A stretch of 31,406 bases of DNA, filler included, from an uncultured bacterium (GCA_964471275.1; 11 parts of 11 records of this genome joined end to end with filler, not necessarily neighbours in it); one strand, 5' to 3'; shown: positions 18,596-28,851, counted from the whole stretch's first letter. Notes: generated from the letters alone by a model not told the origin. Translations and numbers: made by a program.

Positions 18596-19815
18596 ATGAA
18601 GATCACGGACCTGGAGATTCTACCGATCGACCGGTACATGTTTCTGAAGATCCACACCGATGCCGGTATCACCGGGCTGGGTGAGTCGGGTGCGTGGGGC
18701 TATCTTGAAGCTTCCGCTGCGGTGATGGAGAACTATCGGTCGTACCTGGTCGGGAAGGACCCGCTGTTGATCGAGCATCACTGGCAGAATCTGTATCGCA
18801 GTACACACTTTCGTGGGGCAGCGATCATGGGTGCGATCAGCGCGATCGACATCGCATTGTGGGACATCGCGGGTAAACATTTCGATGTTCCCGTCTACCA
18901 GCTTCTGGGGGGGAAGGTCCGCGACAGGGCTCGTGTGTACTACCACGTGAAAGGGAACACCAAAGAGAAGCTGATACAGGGATGCATCGACGCTAAGGCC
19001 CAGGGCTTCAAGGCTGTGGGGCATCTGACTCCGTTTCTGGATGAATCACGCGATGAGCCTTACTACATGTCTCATTCACACCGGATTAGAGATGCAACCG
19101 ATACCGTGGCCGCCTATCGCGACGGCGTACTCCTGCACACGGGCGTCATTCCCCTGGNNNNNNNNNNTCATCGTCATCACCGAGATCATGCAGAACCCGG
19201 ACGCGGTGGGTGACGAGGTCGATCTCTGCATCGAGATTCACAGGAGGATGGAGCCGGCGGAAGCGATCGTGCTGGGGCGGGCGATCGAACTCTATCGGCC
19301 GTTCTTCTTCGAGGATCCGATCCGTCCGGACAATTTCGACGCGATGGCTGAAGTTGCGTCCAAGATCAACATTCCAATCGCTACGGGTGAACGTCTCCAC
19401 ACGATCTACGAGTTCCAGATGCTGTTGACACGGAATGCTGTCCAGTATGTGCGTCCCGACGTCTGCATGTGCGGCGGGATCACGCACACGAAAAAGATCG
19501 CGGCGCTTGCGGAGGCACACCACGTCGGTGTCGTGCCTCACAACCCACTCAGCCCGGTGAGTACCGCAGCGTGTATTCAGATTGCTGCGAGCGTGCCGAA
19601 TTTCGCGCTTCAGGAATACCCAACGGGCGAGGGTGAGCCGCCTAAGTCCGAGATTGTGAAAGAAGTTCTTGAGTGTGACGACGGGTTCNNNNNNNNNNCC
19701 AGATCGGCCCGGGATAGGCGTTGAACTCACAGAAAATGCGGCGGAGAAGTATCCTTTTAAGGCGCGGAGCCGTAACACGCGGCTGCACATTGACGGATCT
19801 GTCATCGATCAGTAG
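18596..19815 (+). CDS. dgoD: Mandelate racemase/enolase superfamily dehydratase, galactonate dehydratase-like; interrupted by a foreign insert and two N10 gaps
   Basis: MKITDLE, GLGESG, IEHHWQ, SAIDIALWDIAGK..VPVYQLLGG, EIHRR, FFEDP, IATGERL, PHNP, LQEY, PDRPGIGVEL. Gaps at 19158-19167 and 19689-19698 shift the frame. Confidence 0.85.
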
Positions 19816-19877
19816 GTCACATAGCTAGATGGTGCTGGCCAGAATACTGAATTTGAACCGATAATCTTGGGTAGGAT

Positions 19878-20400
19878 TCACCTGTTTGGGCCCGAGAAGG
19901 ACATTGAGTAGATGGTGACCAGCACCATACCCATCAGTCGTTCAAGTGTCATCGAGCCACGTGCGCCGAGAACTCGCAAGAGAAAGGGTGACGCGATAAG
20001 GAGAATCGTCATACCGATCCAAGCCAGGATGAGCGCAATGCACCATTCCAGAATTCGTTCCGGTTGACTCGAGCAGAGCAGGACGAGGATGGCAATCGTA
20101 CCTGGACCAGCGATGAGTGGAACGGCAAGAGGCACGAGAAAGGGATCGTCTGCACCCTCCAGATCATCGTCACCAGCGTGTCTTGGAAATATCATACGCA
20201 GTGCGATCAGGAAGAGAAGTATCCCGCCGGCAATGTTGAGCGAGGATTGGCTGAGATTCAGGAAACCGAGTATGGTGTTTCCTGCGAGGAGGAAGCCCAG
20301 CAGTATGCACAGGGCAAGACACAGCTCTCAAGCGACAACGACCGTGCGCCGGCTGCTCCTCGATTTGGACAGCACCGCCTTGAAAATCGGAATGTTTCCC
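19878..20400 (-). pseudogene. marC: MarC/YhgN-family membrane protein, 5' truncated, with in-frame TGA at 20328-20330
   Basis: GNIPIFKAVL..RRTVVVA*ELCLAL..IAGGILLFLIALRMIFP..PFLVPLAVPLIAGP..LERLMGMVLV. The stop sits at the Arg of the family's REL motif, and the C-terminus appears degenerate. Confidence 0.82.
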
Positions 20401-20752
20401 NNNNNNNNNNNNNNNNNNNNNNNNNNNNNNNNNNNNNNNNNNNNTTAATTAATTAANNNNNNNNNNNNNNNNNNNNNNNNNNNNNNNNNNNNNNNNNNNN
20501 TACGAATAAAATCCACACTCGGCCTCATTCTCCCCTCGACTTCTCACCCAGATACGTGACCACCAGCTGCTTGGCTCCATCGGCCTTTTCCGAATAGCAA
20601 CATAGAAACTTATCCCTAGGGAATGCTATGTTTCGGCGTGTTGGAGAAACCNNNNNNNNNNGCTCGGTGATTTTTTGCCAAGATGGCTGAGAGCGAGAAG
20701 GTAAGACAAACCTCGTGGCTGCAGAGATCCGCGGCGGTACGATGATGATGGA

Positions 20753-20795
20753 AGGAGCAAGCCCGCGGTAAGTTTTGTGGGCTGCTCCCTTTTTT
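20753..20795 (+). terminator. Rho-independent terminator with no upstream CDS
   Basis: GGAGC-A-AGCCCGCGG-taagtt-TTGTGGGCT-GCTCC-C-TTTTTT. Confidence 0.7.
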
Positions 20796-20858
20796 GTTAG
20801 CCCCACCTGTTGCCGCGGATTCCGCCTGAGTGACGTCGTAACCGGAAAGACAAGTGCG

Positions 20859-20931
20859 CCCTTCGATACGGCAATCTACTTCGCTTCCTTTGATGACACC
20901 GATTGCTGACTGGTTATGTGCCTACTCAGGG
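20859..20931. repeat. REP-like element CCCTTCGATACGGCA...TGCCTACTCAGGG with an expanded loop
   Basis: Same CCCTTCG...CTCAGGG frame as the reverse complement of 12555-12574, with a 45-nt internal segment. Confidence 0.6.
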
Positions 20932-20981
20932 GGACCGGTGGCGGCGAATCTGGTGCAATTGTCGGTATCTTTATGCCCGGG

Positions 20982-23241
20982 CTAGCTGGGGTGATCGGAC
21001 ATCGACGGTGGTGGGGTGGCAGAACCCCGTTCGGTGCGTGGGTCGGGTCCGAGCTCAATTTGAAGCCGACCCCCATCGACGATATCCGAGTGTCTGAACC
21101 AGCACTGATCCAACGGCTTGCCGTTCAGCTGGGCTGACTGGATGTAAGTGTGGCCTTCGTCGTTACCTGATGTCTCGATCACCAGGGGCTGGCCACCATA
21201 ATACTCCGGGTCCAGCTCGATCGTAACCCGGTCAAAAATCGGTGACGTGATCTCGTAGACCGGATCGGCTTCGCATCCCCCCCGCATTTCAAACAGGCCA
21301 ATCGCCATCAGCACGTTCAAGGCCCCCATCTGTCCCTGGTCTTCATCTCCGCCGTAGCCTGCGTAGGGCGTTACATCACTCTTGCACTGCTCCATCACCG
21401 CGCGCACCCACTTCTGTGTTAACCACGGTTTCCCGATGAAGTTGAAGAGATGCGCCACGTGCGTCGAGGGCTGGTTACCATAATCCAGGACGTTCGTGTA
21501 GTGTTTCCCGTGTGGGGCAATGAAGTCATTCTCTGCGGCCTTTTCCATAACCTCGTTCAGTCGAATGGCCATCGTTTCCGGACCCCCTAGCAGCTCGGCG
21601 AGCCCCGCTACGTCGTGAGGCACGTGCCAGAGATACTGCCATCCGTTTCCTTCGTTCCATCCGTCCGGTTTCATCGGGTCAAAGTCTTCAAGGAATGACC
21701 CGTCAGCGTGTCGTGGCCGAAGGAACCCGGTTTCGGAATCAAAGAGGTTTCTGTAATTAGTCGCGCGTTCCCGGAACCGTGCAGCGTCCTCCTGGTTGCC
21801 GAGTGCCGCTGCCAGTTCGGCCAGGCACCAGTCGACGTAGGCATACTCGAGTGTCTGGGCCGCACCGTCACAATGGAACGCGTGCGCCTCGATCCCGTGC
21901 GGCACGTATCCGATCTCGATGTAGGGTTCGACCCCGCCACCTACTGCAGTGTTGTGTTCGTATCCTGCCTTGCTCATCAATCCGCCCGGGCCGTGGTTCT
22001 TGACCATTCCCTCGTAGCCGGCCTCAACATCCCAATCGCGGATGCCCTTCTGGTAGGCCGACACCAGGAAGTGTGTCGACGTGGCAGAGGTCATCACGAA
22101 CGTGTAGTTACCGCCTGAGGGTCCGCGAGGAATCAACCCGCCATTCTTGTACATGTCGATCAGCATGTTGCAGAAGTTGTGCGTGATATGCGGGTAGGCG
22201 AGCGACCAGAGGACGTTGAGCGTCCATTGCGAGCCCCAAAAGGCGTCGGAGTTATGGTGCTCGTAGGCCAGCGAACCGTCAGCACGTTTCGGAATGTATC
22301 GGATGACCTGGCCGTCGCCCGTCTGGTCGCTGTATGCCCCGTCGACATCGTTGGCCCTTCGCCGACCGAGGATCGCGTGATACAGGTCCGTGTAGAATTT
22401 TATCTTCTGATCGTCGGTCCCACCCTCTACACGGATCCGGCCTAACCAGTCGTCCCAAACCTGTCTTGCCTCCGATCTCGTGCGGTCGAACTCCCAATGG
22501 GGAAGCTCTGTCTCCAGGTTCCGGGCCGCTCCCTCGATGCTGCAGTAGGAAATGGCGACCTTCATCTGGACCGTTCGCTCCCCGGATGTGTCGAACCGAA
22601 CGTATGCGCCACCGTTCTTGCCACTGACTTTCTCGATATCCGGTCTCAACTCGCCATCCAGCCAGCCGCCGAAGGCTGTCACTGCTCGATCGAAGTCTGC
22701 GACGAAGTAGATTCGAGTGGCTTTGGGCCGTCTTCTCGTGGCGGAGGCTTCGACGTATCCGGTCATTCGCGAATCACTCACCATCCGTGCGTGGCAATCA
22801 GACATCTCGCACGGGCCCAATTCGGTTCCGAGGTCGAACAAGATGTGGGACGATGTGTCGGACGGGAAAGTGTAGCGATGGAAGCCGACGCGGTCGGTCG
22901 CGGTCAGCTCTGCCTGGATTTCGTAGTCAAGGAGATGGACAGCGTGGTAGCCCGGTGAGACCGACTCATCATCGTGGCTGAATCGCGACTTGAAAGAATC
23001 GGACCCCTCGTGGCCGCGAATCCCTCCCGTGGCGGGCAAAACGGCGATTCCGGCAAGTTGCCAGGCGTGGACGTGACTGAAGTCGTGGATATACTCTGAA
23101 TCATACCGGTAGCCGGCTTCCCAGGCGCCGCTTCTGGCCGTGTCCGGGCTGAGGTTGACCATCCCAAACGGACGGCAGGCTGAACTGAAGAAGAAGAAAC
23201 GTCTGTTTGCGGTGTCGATAAGCGGATTTACCCACTCGGAT
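20982..23241 (-). CDS. GH92 family alpha-mannosidase, 5' end just truncated
   Basis: Frame is open to the contig edge (SEWVNPLIDTANRRFFFFSSACRPFGMVNLSPD). FSHVH, PGYH, KFYTDLYH, QTLEYAY, NEGNGWQY, YGNQPS, GDEDQGQMGA. Confidence 0.95.
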
Positions 23242-23341
23242 NNNNNNNNNNNNNNNNNNNNNNNNNNNNNNNNNNNNNNNNNNNNTTAATTAATTAANNN
23301 NNNNNNNNNNNNNNNNNNNNNNNNNNNNNNNNNNNNNNNNN

Positions 23342-23416
23342 CCAAGCCAGCGTTGCCTGCCAGCCCAGAGCCTGGACGTCCAGAAACTCGGATGTCGACT
23401 GATCAGAACTGCTCAT
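23342..23416 (-). CDS. N-terminus of an unidentified protein running off the contig
   Basis: MSSSDQSTSEFLDVQALGWQATLAW, preceded by a GGAGAG RBS-like sequence. Confidence 0.35.
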
Positions 23417-23692
23417 AGAACACTCTCCATCTCCACGAAACTGAGTGCTACAGTAACCGGAACCCACCTCTGAGACCTATCCCCCTCCGCGACACGCGCG
23501 ATGCACACGAGAAACCACGAAGAAGACTCTTTTTATTTCTTGTATCTACCAGGCCAGGGATCATATGTCTCGGTTCCCTGGGGGCGTCCGGATCTGCCCA
23601 CCACACCACCGTTCGCGCGGGCACCTGTCCAATCGGTCTCTTCGGAATCTCTACGGATCTACCGAAGAAATGAGCAGGTCCAGTCGGACGGC

Positions 23693-24985
23693 CTACTCGC
23701 CCTGACGCCTACCGCCATCCTCACCTGAAGACACATCAGACTGCATCCGACGCAGCTTGCGTGCTTCGGACCGAATCTTGTCGAGTTCCATCTTGATGGA
23801 GACGATGCCCATCCAGTGCGTGAAGTCCGGTGAATGGTGATACGCCGACTTGTAGGTCTTTGCGTGGTAGAACTTGTAGAGGCGGAAGAATGCCTGCTCG
23901 ATCTCAGTTGTGTTCTCATACACCTGCTGACCACCGAGAACCATGGTGTGGCCGGCGATCGGGTGTGGCGGCCGGTCTTCCGGCATCGGTGCCAGTGCAC
24001 CCTCGTCTCTCAGCGCTCGCAGGATCGCGGCACCCTCGGCAACCAGAGAATCGGCTTCGAGCTTGATTGCGTCCGCACGAGCCAGCTGTTCTTCGGCAAA
24101 TCGCTTGGTATGGCAGGGCGCGCAGATGGCGAGCATCCGCTTACGATTCTGCTCCATCGTCTCTACGCTCAACGTCCGCATCGCAATACTGGGTTCCGGA
24201 CTCCCCTCGACGACTGCACCCGATGCGATTTCGCCGTAGGTCAGGTTCGCCGGACTCCCGTGAGTCTTCTCCGGCATGTGGCACGTCACGCACGTAGGGG
24301 CAACTGACACATCCCGATCCTGAAAATACAGGACCCCGTGCACACTCGTCCGATACGCCTCAACCTGGGGGTGATCAGGACCGATGTGGCAGACTTCGCA
24401 GGCTTCGGGCTGGCGAGCAGCGGCGGAACTGAAGGCATGCCCGGGATGGCACTTGTTGCACGCCCCCACACTCCCGTCCGGGAATTGACGTCCGATGCTA
24501 TGGCAGCCCATGCAACCTTCCTGGCGCATCGCAGGCGATTGCAGCATGAACCGACTGGTCTGGAGTGCGTCTGCTTCTGTCGTCGCGTGACCACTGGTGG
24601 AAAATTCGTCTACGGCCTTCTCGTGACACCTACCGCAGGCTGCAGCGGACACCCGCCCCTTCGCAGCAAAAACGGCTTCGTGATCGTCGCCGTGACAGCC
24701 GGCGCATCCGACGTTGGCAGCGGCGTGCGCACTCTCATTCCACTGGAGAAATAGTCCCGGATCGATTTCCCTGTGACAGCCTTCGCACGTCTTGTCGCCA
24801 TAGGTATCGAACAGAAACTTCGGTTTCTCGGCGATGTTCGCAACGATTCCGGGTCCGTCCGGATGGAACAACCAGAACAATATGACTGCCGCCACGAGCG
24901 CAAGCGCGTGCACGCGAATGAGATTGCGGATGCGCTCTCGCCTTCGCTGGCTCTGATGTATCGGTTCGGGTCGGTTGAGGGTCAC
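23693..24985 (-). CDS. Octaheme cytochrome c of the hydroxylamine oxidoreductase (HAO) family, N-terminally membrane-anchored
   Basis: Eight CxxCH motifs (CEGCH, CAGCH, CGRCH, CMGCH, CNKCH, CEVCH, CVTCH, CAPCH). HAO-family signatures CHIGPDHPQVEAYRTSVHG, APTCVTCHM and AYHHSPDFTHWMG. One N-terminal hydrophobic helix. Confidence 0.9.
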   Translation of the reverse strand: MTLNRPEPIHQSQRRRERIRNLIRVHALALVAAVILFWLFHPDGPGIVANIAEKPKFLFDTYGDKTCEGCHREIDPGLFLQWNESAHAAANVGCAGCHGDDHEAVFAAKGRVSAAACGRCHEKAVDEFSTSGHATTEADALQTSRFMLQSPAMRQEGCMGCHSIGRQFPDGSVGACNKCHPGHAFSSAAARQPEACEVCHIGPDHPQVEAYRTSVHGVLYFQDRDVSVAPTCVTCHMPEKTHGSPANLTYGEIASGAVVEGSPEPSIAMRTLSVETMEQNRKRMLAICAPCHTKRFAEEQLARADAIKLEADSLVAEGAAILRALRDEGALAPMPEDRPPHPIAGHTMVLGGQQVYENTTEIEQAFFRLYKFYHAKTYKSAYHHSPDFTHWMGIVSIKMELDKIRSEARKLRRMQSDVSSGEDGGRRQGE

Positions 24986-25096
24986 AAATCCTGTACATCC
25001 CTTGATTGGGTAGTCTGCCTACCCGTTAGAATACACAACCTGCATCACAAACGGTAAGTAGCAACTGGGCGATCCGCCAGTCTGTTTCGGAGATAT

Positions 25097-26020
25097 CTAG
25101 CCCTCGACCGGCTCCCTTAGTTCCGCCCGATCCGGCGCTTCGGCAGTCCGCCGTCTGACGAAACCCCGCCGTTTGACCGACTTCCGGTCACTCGCGCGTC
25201 CTGGGTAGGCGTGTATGCGGGTCATCGGGTGGCACACGATACCCAGCGTGATCTTCAGCCAGGTGATCATCGCGAACAGAGCCAGAATCGGCGAGGCAAG
25301 GGCGATTGCCCTTCCCATCCAACTTGCGTGGCGAAAGATGCGCAGGAATTGACCACAGTATCTGGCCCTGTTTCGTATGCTGATCTTGGGACCGAGAATG
25401 GCAATCGGCAGCAAAGCCAGAGATGTGGCCGCCTTCAGCCTGAATTCAGCGGCCTTCTTCCTCACGTGAGGGTTTGGGTGCGATTTGAGCTTCAGCCAGC
25501 CATTCAGCTTCACCTCACCGACCCTCAGAACCGAGGGTCCTAGCATCTCGAAGTCACGTCTGTACATATCGCGCTGAATCGTCTCGATCTCTTCACGTGC
25601 CAGAAAGGGATGCTTGACCATAGCCGCGAATCCCGTACAACTGCGGTAATAGGCCACTCGGTCGTTCGCCAGATCCTCGTGCATCAGGCCTTTGACCATC
25701 ACATCATCGTAGAAAGAGGTGCCAAGGATTGGTGCATAGATCAGGAACTGACAGAGCGCCGGTTTGTTCGACATCAGTCCTTGGAACTCGCGCTCAGCGA
25801 TCTCTGCCGTCTGATACGGTATCCCCACAATCATCGAGGCGAGTACGGTGATACCGTGATCTTGAAGCTCACGGATCTTCTCGTCGATGTCATCGCCATC
25901 GTGCTTGGAGTAGCCCGACTCCTTGCCTTCGTAACCGATCCAAACACCGTCGATACCCATCTCCAGAAGCTCTTCATAAGAGTACTGGCTCAGGGCCTTT
26001 ACGGAGGCGAAACAGAACGT
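25097..26020 (-). CDS. Probable B12-binding radical SAM protein, C-terminal half
   Basis: TFCFASVKALSQY..MGIDGVWIGYEG, LQDHGITVLASMIVG, QFLIYAPILGTSFY, typical of class B radical SAM C-termini. The CxxxCxxC motif lies off-contig. Confidence 0.7.
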   Translation of the reverse strand, partial: TFCFASVKALSQYSYEELLEMGIDGVWIGYEGKESGYSKHDGDDIDEKIRELQDHGITVLASMIVGIPYQTAEIAEREFQGLMSNKPALCQFLIYAPILGTSFYDDVMVKGLMHEDLANDRVAYYRSCTGFAAMVKHPFLAREEIETIQRDMYRRDFEMLGPSVLRVGEVKLNGWLKLKSHPNPHVRKKAAEFRLKAATSLALLPIAILGPKISIRNRARYCGQFLRIFRHASWMGRAIALASPILALFAMITWLKITLGIVCHPMTRIHAYPGRASDRKSVKRRGFVRRRTAEAPDRAELREPVEG

Positions 26021-26120
26021 NNNNNNNNNNNNNNNNNNNNNNNNNNNNNNNNNNNNNNNNNNNNTTAATTAATTAANNNNNNNNNNNNNNNNNNNNNNNN
26101 NNNNNNNNNNNNNNNNNNNN

Positions 26121-27055
26121 TCCTGTGCACCACCAGCGGCTCCATGGCCCTGATGATGGGGCTGATGGCCGCCGGCGTCGGCCCCGGCGACGAGGTTATC
26201 GTGCCCACCCGCACCTTCATCGCCACCGCCCATGCGGCCACTATCCTTGGTGCCAAGGCGGTTCTTGTAGACAGCCGGAGTGACAGCCCCAATATGGATG
26301 TGGCCGAGGCGGCAAAGAAAATTACCCCACGCAGCAAGGCCATCATGCCGGTTCATCTTAACGGTCGTGGTTGCGACATGGCGGCGATCCGCGCGCTAGC
26401 GGAGAAACACGGCCTTGCCGTAATCGAGGACGCTTGTCAGGGCATGTTCTCGCGCGGTCCCGACGGGTATCAGGGCACGCTGGGGGATTGTGGGTGTTTT
26501 TCCTTTGGCATGGTCAAGCTGGTCTCTACCGGCCAGGGCGGGGCCATCGTCACCCGTGATATGGCGATGTATGAAAAGCTCGCCGCCATGCGCAACCACG
26601 GGGTCGCCGATGTGGTCTCCCACACCTATCTGACCACGGGGCATAATTTTAAGTTCAACGACCTGCTGGCCTCCATCGGTCTGTGGCAGGTGCGGCGTGG
26701 CCCGGAAAAGGCGTCTCATGTGAACGCCGTATATAAGAGGTACCGCGAGGGGCTGGAGGGACTCTCTTTTATTGAGTTGGTGCCGGTGGACGTGGAGAGC
26801 GGCGAAGTGGCCCTGTGGGCAGAGGCCGTGAGCGAGGAACGGGATGCGCTTATGGCGTTTTTGGCCGGGGAAGGCATTCAGACCCGGAAGTTCATTCCCT
26901 GCGTGCATACCGCCCCCCATTTTGCCGGTGGCGAGGCGTTTCCAAATTCCGAGCGCTTTAACCGTACCGGGTTCAACCTGCCCAGCGGGCCGGACCTGCC
27001 TCTGGAATATGTGGACAGGACAATCGAGGCCTTGGTGGAATATTCACAGGCTTAA
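26121..27055 (+). CDS. DegT/DnrJ/EryC1/StrS PLP-dependent sugar aminotransferase, 5' truncated
   Basis: TTSGSMAL, GVGPGDEVIVP, KAIMPVHLNG, VIEDACQ, FSFGMVKLVSTGQGGA (PLP Lys), RNHG, GHNFK, LPSG. Confidence 0.95.
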
Positions 27056-27155
27056 GCCCAGCGATGACACCCAATAGCCACAATACATTTATGTTTGATA
27101 TTTTCATTTTCTACATGCGGCTCATGTCAGCACCGGTCGCCAATTGAGCGCCTAA

Positions 27156-28514
27156 ATGCTTAAAAAAATTAACAGACCGGCAATTTTTTTCTTGAGCATG
27201 TTGATGCTCCCTCTATGCCTTTTTCGCATGACGGTCTTCCTGGTTCTTCGGTATAGAAAAGCTTTTCAAAAGGCGGATATCCTTATCCTGCCGCAGGAAC
27301 TGAATTTCTGCACCAGCGTCATGGCTCCGGATATAGCAGCCAGAAACTATCCGGACAGACATATTGTTTTTGTCACGTTTGATTACGAAAGAACCAACAA
27401 GTATGTAGAATGTATTTGGGATAATACTGATGATATAGAATATGTATTAATTCCAAATAGTTATTTGTCTTTTACATTGTTTGGCAAGAGAATCGTAATT
27501 CCCTCCGATGAAGTTCTTGAACGTTACGGAGGAAGGATGGTGGCTTTCATTGCGGGATGTCTGGGCAGCCCTCAAGAGATTTACACATCAAGGGGTTGGT
27601 TGGGGAACGTGGGGCTTCCGCCACAATGCTGGGAAGATCTCCACAAAGCCTTATCTGGTGCAGTGAAACCGGAATGGGCGGATTATTGGGAAAGTTCTGC
27701 GTATTTTGCCGTATATTATCACCTGAAATTTGAAGTCTGCAGACCAGCTCCTTCTCTGCCCCGGAATCTATTGAATAAGGTTGAGGCCGCATTGTTAAAA
27801 GCGCGGCCGGACTATCGCAGCTTTCGTTCGTGTGGGCTGTATTTGAAAAAAGGTAAGATGACGATCTCCGATGACGATCCGCATATTTTCGACGGGAGTC
27901 CCTTTACGAATTATTTGCCTGCGGTGCGCTTGCTCAATGAACGTGGGTATCAGGTTTTCCTGACGGGGGACCGTTCATTGCCGGAGGAGGTGCACAAAGA
28001 GTTCGATGGCATGTTCGTGAATGGAGAGAGCCTGGGCGTAGACCCCATGCTTTTCAATGTTTATGCAGCACTGCATACGGATATTTTTGTCGGAGACAAT
28101 GCTGGCGGAATGGGATTTGCCGGGTTGATTGACAGCAGGCCTATGCTCGCTCTCAACACGTACCAATTCTTCTCTTCCTTCAGTAATATCTGGATTTATT
28201 ACAAGCACGCGTACCATAGGGATGGACGCCACCTTTCCTTTGAGGAGATGACTGGTAAATATGCCTATACCCCTGCGGCGGATCGTTTATTACATGTCGA
28301 GGTGAATTCGGCCGAGGAAATCCGGGAAGCCGTGGGTTTTTATCTGGATGAAATTGAAAATCCGGGAAGCAGTGAAATAGACGAATCCCTGGAGAATTTA
28401 TGGCCTTCCTATTCGATGTTTAAGTTGGGGAGAAGTCATATTTCTCCTGCCTACGTGCGAAACTATTACCAAAAAATATCTCAGACGAGCGCGCATCCTT
28501 TGGCGCCACGCTAA
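27156..28514 (+). CDS. Putative polysaccharide-locus glycosyltransferase-like protein (resembles TIGR04372 family)
   Basis: C-terminal motifs CGLYL, NYLPAVRLLNERGYQV..G, DIFVGDNAGG, PMLALN, NSAEEIREAV. It lies between a DegT gene and a radical SAM gene. Family call is by resemblance only. Confidence 0.5.
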   Translation: MLKKINRPAIFFLSMLMLPLCLFRMTVFLVLRYRKAFQKADILILPQELNFCTSVMAPDIAARNYPDRHIVFVTFDYERTNKYVECIWDNTDDIEYVLIPNSYLSFTLFGKRIVIPSDEVLERYGGRMVAFIAGCLGSPQEIYTSRGWLGNVGLPPQCWEDLHKALSGAVKPEWADYWESSAYFAVYYHLKFEVCRPAPSLPRNLLNKVEAALLKARPDYRSFRSCGLYLKKGKMTISDDDPHIFDGSPFTNYLPAVRLLNERGYQVFLTGDRSLPEEVHKEFDGMFVNGESLGVDPMLFNVYAALHTDIFVGDNAGGMGFAGLIDSRPMLALNTYQFFSSFSNIWIYYKHAYHRDGRHLSFEEMTGKYAYTPAADRLLHVEVNSAEEIREAVGFYLDEIENPGSSEIDESLENLWPSYSMFKLGRSHISPAYVRNYYQKISQTSAHPLAPR

Positions 28515-28561
28515 GAAGAAAACTCCCTCAAGACATCTTTGCTAGAAAAACCCCATATAGA

Positions 28562-28751
28562 ATGAAAACTACCATCAGCTTCTGTGATCTGGCGCATGAA
28601 GGGCATTCCTGTAATTCGGTCCCTCTAGGAGTGTCCATGGTGGCGTCCTATTCCCTGGAAAAATTCGCGAGCGAGATAAACCTCGAAATTTTTAAATACC
28701 CGGTGGATTACATTTCATACCTGGAAAAGGAGATCCCCCGCATTGCCTGCT
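28562..28751 (+). CDS. N-terminus of a probable cobalamin-binding radical SAM protein, 3' truncated
   Basis: MKTTISFCDLAH..SVPLGVSMVASY..IFKYP..P.IAC matches the start of B12-binding domains. Confidence 0.65.
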
Positions 28752-28851
28752 NNNNNNNNNNNNNNNNNNNNNNNNNNNNNNNNNNNNNNNNNNNNTTAAT
28801 TAATTAANNNNNNNNNNNNNNNNNNNNNNNNNNNNNNNNNNNNNNNNNNNN

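Noticed and set aside
19689..19698. Frameshift near the dgoD C-terminus
   Set aside because: It is caused by a fixed-length N10 scaffold gap. DDGF and PDRPGIGVEL join naturally with a few missing codons.
23693..24985. Evidence for ammonia oxidation or anammox
   Set aside because: The protein appears to lack the cross-linking Tyr, and no amo, cycAB, haoB or hzs genes are adjacent.
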